Shown piece after piece: positions 17,699 to 21,537 of a DNA stretch of 21,537 bases. The stretch spans positions 1 to 21,537 of the forward strand of contig JANOQI010000013.1 of assembly GCA_031414775.1 (NCBI GenBank). The letters run 5' to 3'. The stretch comes from Synechococcales cyanobacterium VAR_4_metabat_354. GTDB taxonomy: Bacteria; Cyanobacteriota; Cyanobacteriia; Cyanobacteriales; Chamaesiphonaceae. The notes below the pieces were generated by a model. That model had not been told where the DNA came from and did no database searches. It saw nothing but the letters and a program-made list of their open reading frames with translations. Each line of letters begins with the position of its first letter. Position 1 is the stretch's first letter. Both the position numbers and the translations under genes were made by a program.

Positions 17699-19243
17699 GT
17701 GATTTGGTTTACTTTTATGACATACTTATTGCTATTTTTGTCAATTGGATTAGCCGCTGCGGTTACTGCGGCAGTCAAGTTAAATAATAGTAATGTAGTA
17801 AGTCAGCAGAGTCTGAAAGAAACAAATATACAGTTACAGGAATCTAATACTGTAACAATCAAGCTAAATAATGATTATTCGATAAGTCAACAGAGTCTAC
17901 AAGAGACAAGTAGACAGTTACAAGAAGCTAGTACTGTGGCAATCAAACTAAATAATGATTATGCAGTAAGTCAACAGAGTTTACAAGAAATTAATCAGAA
18001 ATATAGCGGAATCATATCTAGAGAAGATGCTGTTAAAGAACTAGATGCAAAAATTACTACTTTGACGGATAAATACAAACAAACTAAAAAACAAGTTCGA
18101 TCTAAAGAAAAAGAGTTAAATCTCAAGATTTCACTGCTCAAAACACAGCTTTATGGATTAGAAGAGCAAGAGATAATTGAAGCATTTGGATTTTACAACT
18201 CTAAATATGATTTTCAAGAACTAGAAGAATATCAGAAACGATTAGACCGAATCAGTGCTCAACAAAAAGAGATGCTTCGAGAAAATAAAGCTGCTGTATG
18301 TGAAACGGAATGGTCAGTTAACGGCAGCCTAAAAGAAGGAAAAAAAATGACTAATGATTTTCTTAAGTTAGTTTTACGTGCTTTCAATGGTGAATGTGAT
18401 TCTGCTATTCTCAAAGTAAAATACAACAACGTTCAAGTAATGGAAAATCGGATCAAGAAAACCTATGGTGATTTGAACAAACTATCTCAAACTACGCACT
18501 GTGAAATCACTCCACATTTTTTAGATTTGAAATTAAAAGAACTTTGGTTAACTCACGAATATCAAGAAAGAAAGTATCAAGAGCAAGACGAACAGCGTAT
18601 TATTCGCGAACAAATGCGCGAAGAGGAAAAAGCACTTCGCGATCTTGAAAAAGCTAAACAAGACGCTGAAAGAGAAGAGCAACGTTATCAAGAGGCTTTA
18701 AAGAATGCTCGTAGGGATGTAGAAACAGCTACAGGTAAAGCTCAAGAGAAGCTCTTCAGCCAAATCGAGGAATTACAAAAACGCCTTGCAGAGGCCGAAG
18801 CAAATAAAGCAAGGGCAATTTCTCAAGCTCAATTAACTAAATTCGGACACGTTTATATCATTTCAAATATCGGTTCGTTTGGCGAAAATATTTATAAAAT
18901 TGGCATGACACGACGTCTTGACCCAATGGATCGAGTTAAGGAGTTAGGTGATGCTTCTGTTCCCTTTCCTTTTGATGTTCACGCTATGATATTCTGCGAA
19001 AATGCTCCAGAGCTTGAGTCCAGATTACATAAATACTTCCACCATAGAAGAATGAACAAGGAAAATACAAGAAAGGAGTTTTTTCAAGTTTCATTAGATG
19101 AAATAGTTAGCGTTGTAAGGAAAACAGATGAAGAACTCAAAATTTGCAAATCTGAAGTAACCTTCACTAAAATTGCTGCAGCTAGTGATTATCGGAAAAC
19201 GTTAGCTAGAGAACGCCAAGATATGACAACAATAGCTATTTAA
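17699..19243 (+). CDS. Membrane-anchored DUF4041 plus T5orf172/GIY-YIG nuclease protein (PD-Lambda-1/SNIPE-like anti-phage candidate)
   Basis: N-terminal TM helix and coiled coil; DUF4041 (WSVNGSLKEGKKM, LRAFNGECD, YQERKYQEQDEQR); GHVYIISNIGSFGENIYKIGMTRRLDPMDRVKELGDASVPFPFDVHAMIF...LESRLH...RKEFF. Start may be ATG 17717. Confidence 0.9.
   Translation: MIWFTFMTYLLLFLSIGLAAAVTAAVKLNNSNVVSQQSLKETNIQLQESNTVTIKLNNDYSISQQSLQETSRQLQEASTVAIKLNNDYAVSQQSLQEINQKYSGIISREDAVKELDAKITTLTDKYKQTKKQVRSKEKELNLKISLLKTQLYGLEEQEIIEAFGFYNSKYDFQELEEYQKRLDRISAQQKEMLRENKAAVCETEWSVNGSLKEGKKMTNDFLKLVLRAFNGECDSAILKVKYNNVQVMENRIKKTYGDLNKLSQTTHCEITPHFLDLKLKELWLTHEYQERKYQEQDEQRIIREQMREEEKALRDLEKAKQDAEREEQRYQEALKNARRDVETATGKAQEKLFSQIEELQKRLAEAEANKARAISQAQLTKFGHVYIISNIGSFGENIYKIGMTRRLDPMDRVKELGDASVPFPFDVHAMIFCENAPELESRLHKYFHHRRMNKENTRKEFFQVSLDEIVSVVRKTDEELKICKSEVTFTKIAAASDYRKTLARERQDMTTIAI
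17771..17995 (+). repeat. 84-bp (28-aa) intragenic tandem repeat, about 2.7 copies
   Basis: Units start at 17771, 17855 and 17939: AVKLNNSNVVSQQSLKETNIQLQESNTV / TIKLNNDYSISQQSLQETSRQLQEASTV / AIKLNNDYAVSQQSLQEIN. Confidence 0.88.
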
Positions 19244-19347
19244 CAACTCGCCGACAACACCTATAAATCCCAAAAATTATCTGGCCGTCAAGCTTGACTG
19301 CTCCACTCAATATTCATGGATAATGTGGAGTGCAATGCGATCAAAAT

Positions 19348-19683
19348 TTAACTACTAATTTCCACAATAACCTCTCCATTTTGTAGCTGTTCCAAAGCAT
19401 CAGAAAGAGTTGAAGTTAGCACTTGTTGAAGACTACGATTAGTCAAATTCCCACAAGTAAGCCACAGAATTTGAGGAGGTACTCCCAACCGACAGACTAA
19501 ATCAACAAAATCGCTATCCTTAGTCATAATGACAGCATTTACCAATCGTGCCGCCTCAAAAATCTCAACATCTCGAGCATCGCGTAGCCCAAGTTCTTTC
19601 AACGATGATGCTGTCAGATCAAAATTATCAGTCAGCCATTTCGCCAAGGTGGGAGGTAATTGAGCATCAACCCAGATGTTCAT
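19348..19683 (-). CDS. DUF5615 family PIN-like protein (putative toxin)
   Basis: IWVDAQLPP, GLRDARDVEIF, IMTKDSDF, PPQILWLTCGN. Confidence 0.9.
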   Translation of the reverse strand: MNIWVDAQLPPTLAKWLTDNFDLTASSLKELGLRDARDVEIFEAARLVNAVIMTKDSDFVDLVCRLGVPPQILWLTCGNLTNRSLQQVLTSTLSDALEQLQNGEVIVEISS

Positions 19684-19904
19684 GCCGTCAATCTTGGAAA
19701 CTCAGTCCGTCGCGCAGCAAATAATAAACAAGCTTGGATATCTTCCGGCTCTAGGTCAGGAAAATCTTCTAGAATCTCTTCAGAACTGACATTCTCAGCC
19801 AACATTTCTAAAATATCGCCAACCCGAATTCTCATACCACGGACACAAGGACGACCACCACATTGACCAGGTGTCTGGGTGATACGATTTAGTAAATTAG
19901 CCAT
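19680..19904 (-). CDS. DUF433 domain protein (putative antitoxin)
   Basis: RITQTPGQCGGRPCVRGMRIRVGDIL, EEILEDFPDLEPEDIQACL; ATGA overlap with the DUF5615 gene. Confidence 0.92.
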   Translation of the reverse strand: MANLLNRITQTPGQCGGRPCVRGMRIRVGDILEMLAENVSSEEILEDFPDLEPEDIQACLLFAARRTEFPRLTA

Positions 19905-20108
19905 TGCATTTTATCTGATGAATTGATGATTAAACAGTTCCCTCACCATAGTACTTAAAAAATGTCTCGTCAGCATTTTGGCTATACTGACCTTGACCTG
20001 AAAAGATAGACACTCCCGAAGAGTCTAAATACTGGAGAGTGCGATCGAGCTGAAACTAGAAAAAACCCCTAAACTGGAGGCAGCTGAGCTTCCTAGCATT
20101 TATTCGTT

Positions 20109-21227
20109 CTAAGATACTGCTATTCTCGGCAATCGATCCTTAAAGCCACACAGAATTTCCCAGGAAATAGTATCTAGCTGCGTGGCCCAATCATCGGCTG
20201 TAATTTCAGTGCCCAGCAGCGTAACTACATCACCAACCTGCACCATCGGCAATTTACTCACATCTAAAATAATTTGATCCATCGTGATTGTGCCTACTTG
20301 GGGCACCTGGTAACTATCAATTAGCACGGTCAGTTGTTGCGACAAACGGCGGGGTACGCCATCGGCATAACCAATCCCCACGATGGCGATCGACATCTCC
20401 TGAGGAGCAATAAAACGATAGCCATAGCTAATTCCGGTGCCAGCAGCGATTTTTTTGATTTGGGTAATCCGGGCTTTCAGGGTCAATACGGGTTGGAGCT
20501 GCGCCCGATCGTCTCTCAGATGTGGCTCCGGATAGAAACCATACAGAGCTAAGCCAGCCCGTACCATATCGTAATGTAACTTTTTATCCACTAACAGACC
20601 AGCGGAGTTGGCTAAATGCAGCAGCGGCATGATGGAAAATAAGGGACGAAGTTCGGCAACGACCTGCTCAAATCGTTGCTGTTGCTGCCGTAGTACTGTT
20701 TGATCTGGGTTCTCCGCCGTAGCTAAGTGGGAATAGATACTGGCAATTGGCAGTGATGACATTTGTTGAACAGCTTTACAAAAGGCGATCGCTTCTTGCC
20801 AATTAGTACCCAACCGGGACATGCCCGTGTCAATCTTGAGATGAACAGGAAGAGGGCGGGTCAATTCTTGCTGAAAGTTCATGGCCTGAGCAATATTCAC
20901 AATCGTTGGCTGTAAATCCCACTGCTCGATCGATCTAATTTGCTCAGCAGTATGGGCGGCTCCCAATAATAGAATGGGCGCTGTAATCCCAGATTGGCGA
21001 AGTTCAACCCCTTCTGGCACTGTGGCAACAGCCAACCAACTAGCCCCATTGGCAAGGACAGTTTTGGCCACTTCGATTGATCCATGACCATAGGCATCGG
21101 CTTTAACCACAGCCATTAGTGCCGTCTGGGGCGCGAGGAGGCTCTTGAGCTGCTGAGTGTTGTGGGCTAAAGCACTGTGGTTAATTTCGATCCAAGCCCG
21201 TTGTTGCTGCCAACTATCACTATTCAT
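20109..21227 (-). CDS. alr: Alanine racemase
   Basis: PLP motif AVVKADAYGHG, HLKIDTGMSRLG, YSHLATA, HLANSAG, GYADG, VGTITMDQ. Confidence 0.97.
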   Translation of the reverse strand: MNSDSWQQQRAWIEINHSALAHNTQQLKSLLAPQTALMAVVKADAYGHGSIEVAKTVLANGASWLAVATVPEGVELRQSGITAPILLLGAAHTAEQIRSIEQWDLQPTIVNIAQAMNFQQELTRPLPVHLKIDTGMSRLGTNWQEAIAFCKAVQQMSSLPIASIYSHLATAENPDQTVLRQQQQRFEQVVAELRPLFSIMPLLHLANSAGLLVDKKLHYDMVRAGLALYGFYPEPHLRDDRAQLQPVLTLKARITQIKKIAAGTGISYGYRFIAPQEMSIAIVGIGYADGVPRRLSQQLTVLIDSYQVPQVGTITMDQIILDVSKLPMVQVGDVVTLLGTEITADDWATQLDTISWEILCGFKDRLPRIAVS

Positions 21228-21368
21228 AAAGATGCCGGTTGCTGATTAGGTATATTTTATCTTTCGATCGAGATCGGCAACTAGCCTTCAATAAAGTAGA
21301 TGTAGATGGGATGCTTCAGCATCAAGCATCTTCTTGGAAAACAACCAACAACAGCTATGTCAATGAAT

Positions 21369-21537
21369 AGACCTGTCCGAAATATAAATAGTGGTCAAAA
21401 AAATTGGTAGAACAGAGTTTTATCATTCTACCAACAATGAAAAATCCACTTGATTATATCCGTAAATATCCCGATAGAACTAAGCGAGTGTTGGGTATAG
21501 ATCACCCAATATTCCTACAACTATTAGAACAAGCCGA
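21369..21537 (+). mobile_element. 5' end of IS5-family (IS702/ISL2-like) element; transposase starts at 21437 and runs off the window
   Basis: MKNPLDYIRKYPDRTKRVLGIDHPIFLQLLEQA resembles IS702-type transposase N-termini. Putative left end AGACCTGTCCGAA at about 21369; inverted repeat TTGGTAGAA (21404-21412) / TTCTACCAA (21426-21434) just before the ATG. Confidence 0.7.

Noticed and set aside
19298..19335. Hairpin CTCCAC...GTGGAG between the convergent DUF4041 and DUF5615 genes
   Set aside because: Short imperfect stem, long loop and no clear U-tract; not enough to call a terminator.
1729..21097. Numerous 60-105 aa ORFs antisense to or nested within recognised genes
   Set aside because: Shadow frames of well-supported CDSs with no independent motifs.

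Overview
Cyanobacterial chromosomal segment, rich in CGATCG/TCGATCGA palindromes (Chamaesiphon-like by inference), that starts in the 3' end of an IS1-type element and ends in the 5' end of an IS5/IS702-type element, so it is probably a whole contig. Housekeeping genes (NUDIX, ABC1/AarF kinase, USP, EVE, YaaW, rsmI, prmA, serA, alr) are interrupted by three accessory blocks. (i) 1-3516: a tail-fibre-like ORF, Uma2, an amidohydrolase and a LuxR regulator. (ii) 9290-14090: a stand-alone PatA-type cyanobactin protease followed by two small precursor-like peptides that share a cyanobactin-type leader but have opposite cores (an acidic Met/Glu repeat and a cationic 8-Cys core), with no other cyanobactin genes in the window, plus a xisH/xisI pair bracketed by a duplicated Uma2 3' end. 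(iii) 17550-19950: a membrane-anchored DUF4041/GIY-YIG nuclease (PD-Lambda-1/SNIPE-like) and a DUF433/DUF5615 toxin-antitoxin pair. The minimal PatA plus paired-precursor locus is the best candidate for an undescribed system. Family calls come from motif recognition only; no searches were run.
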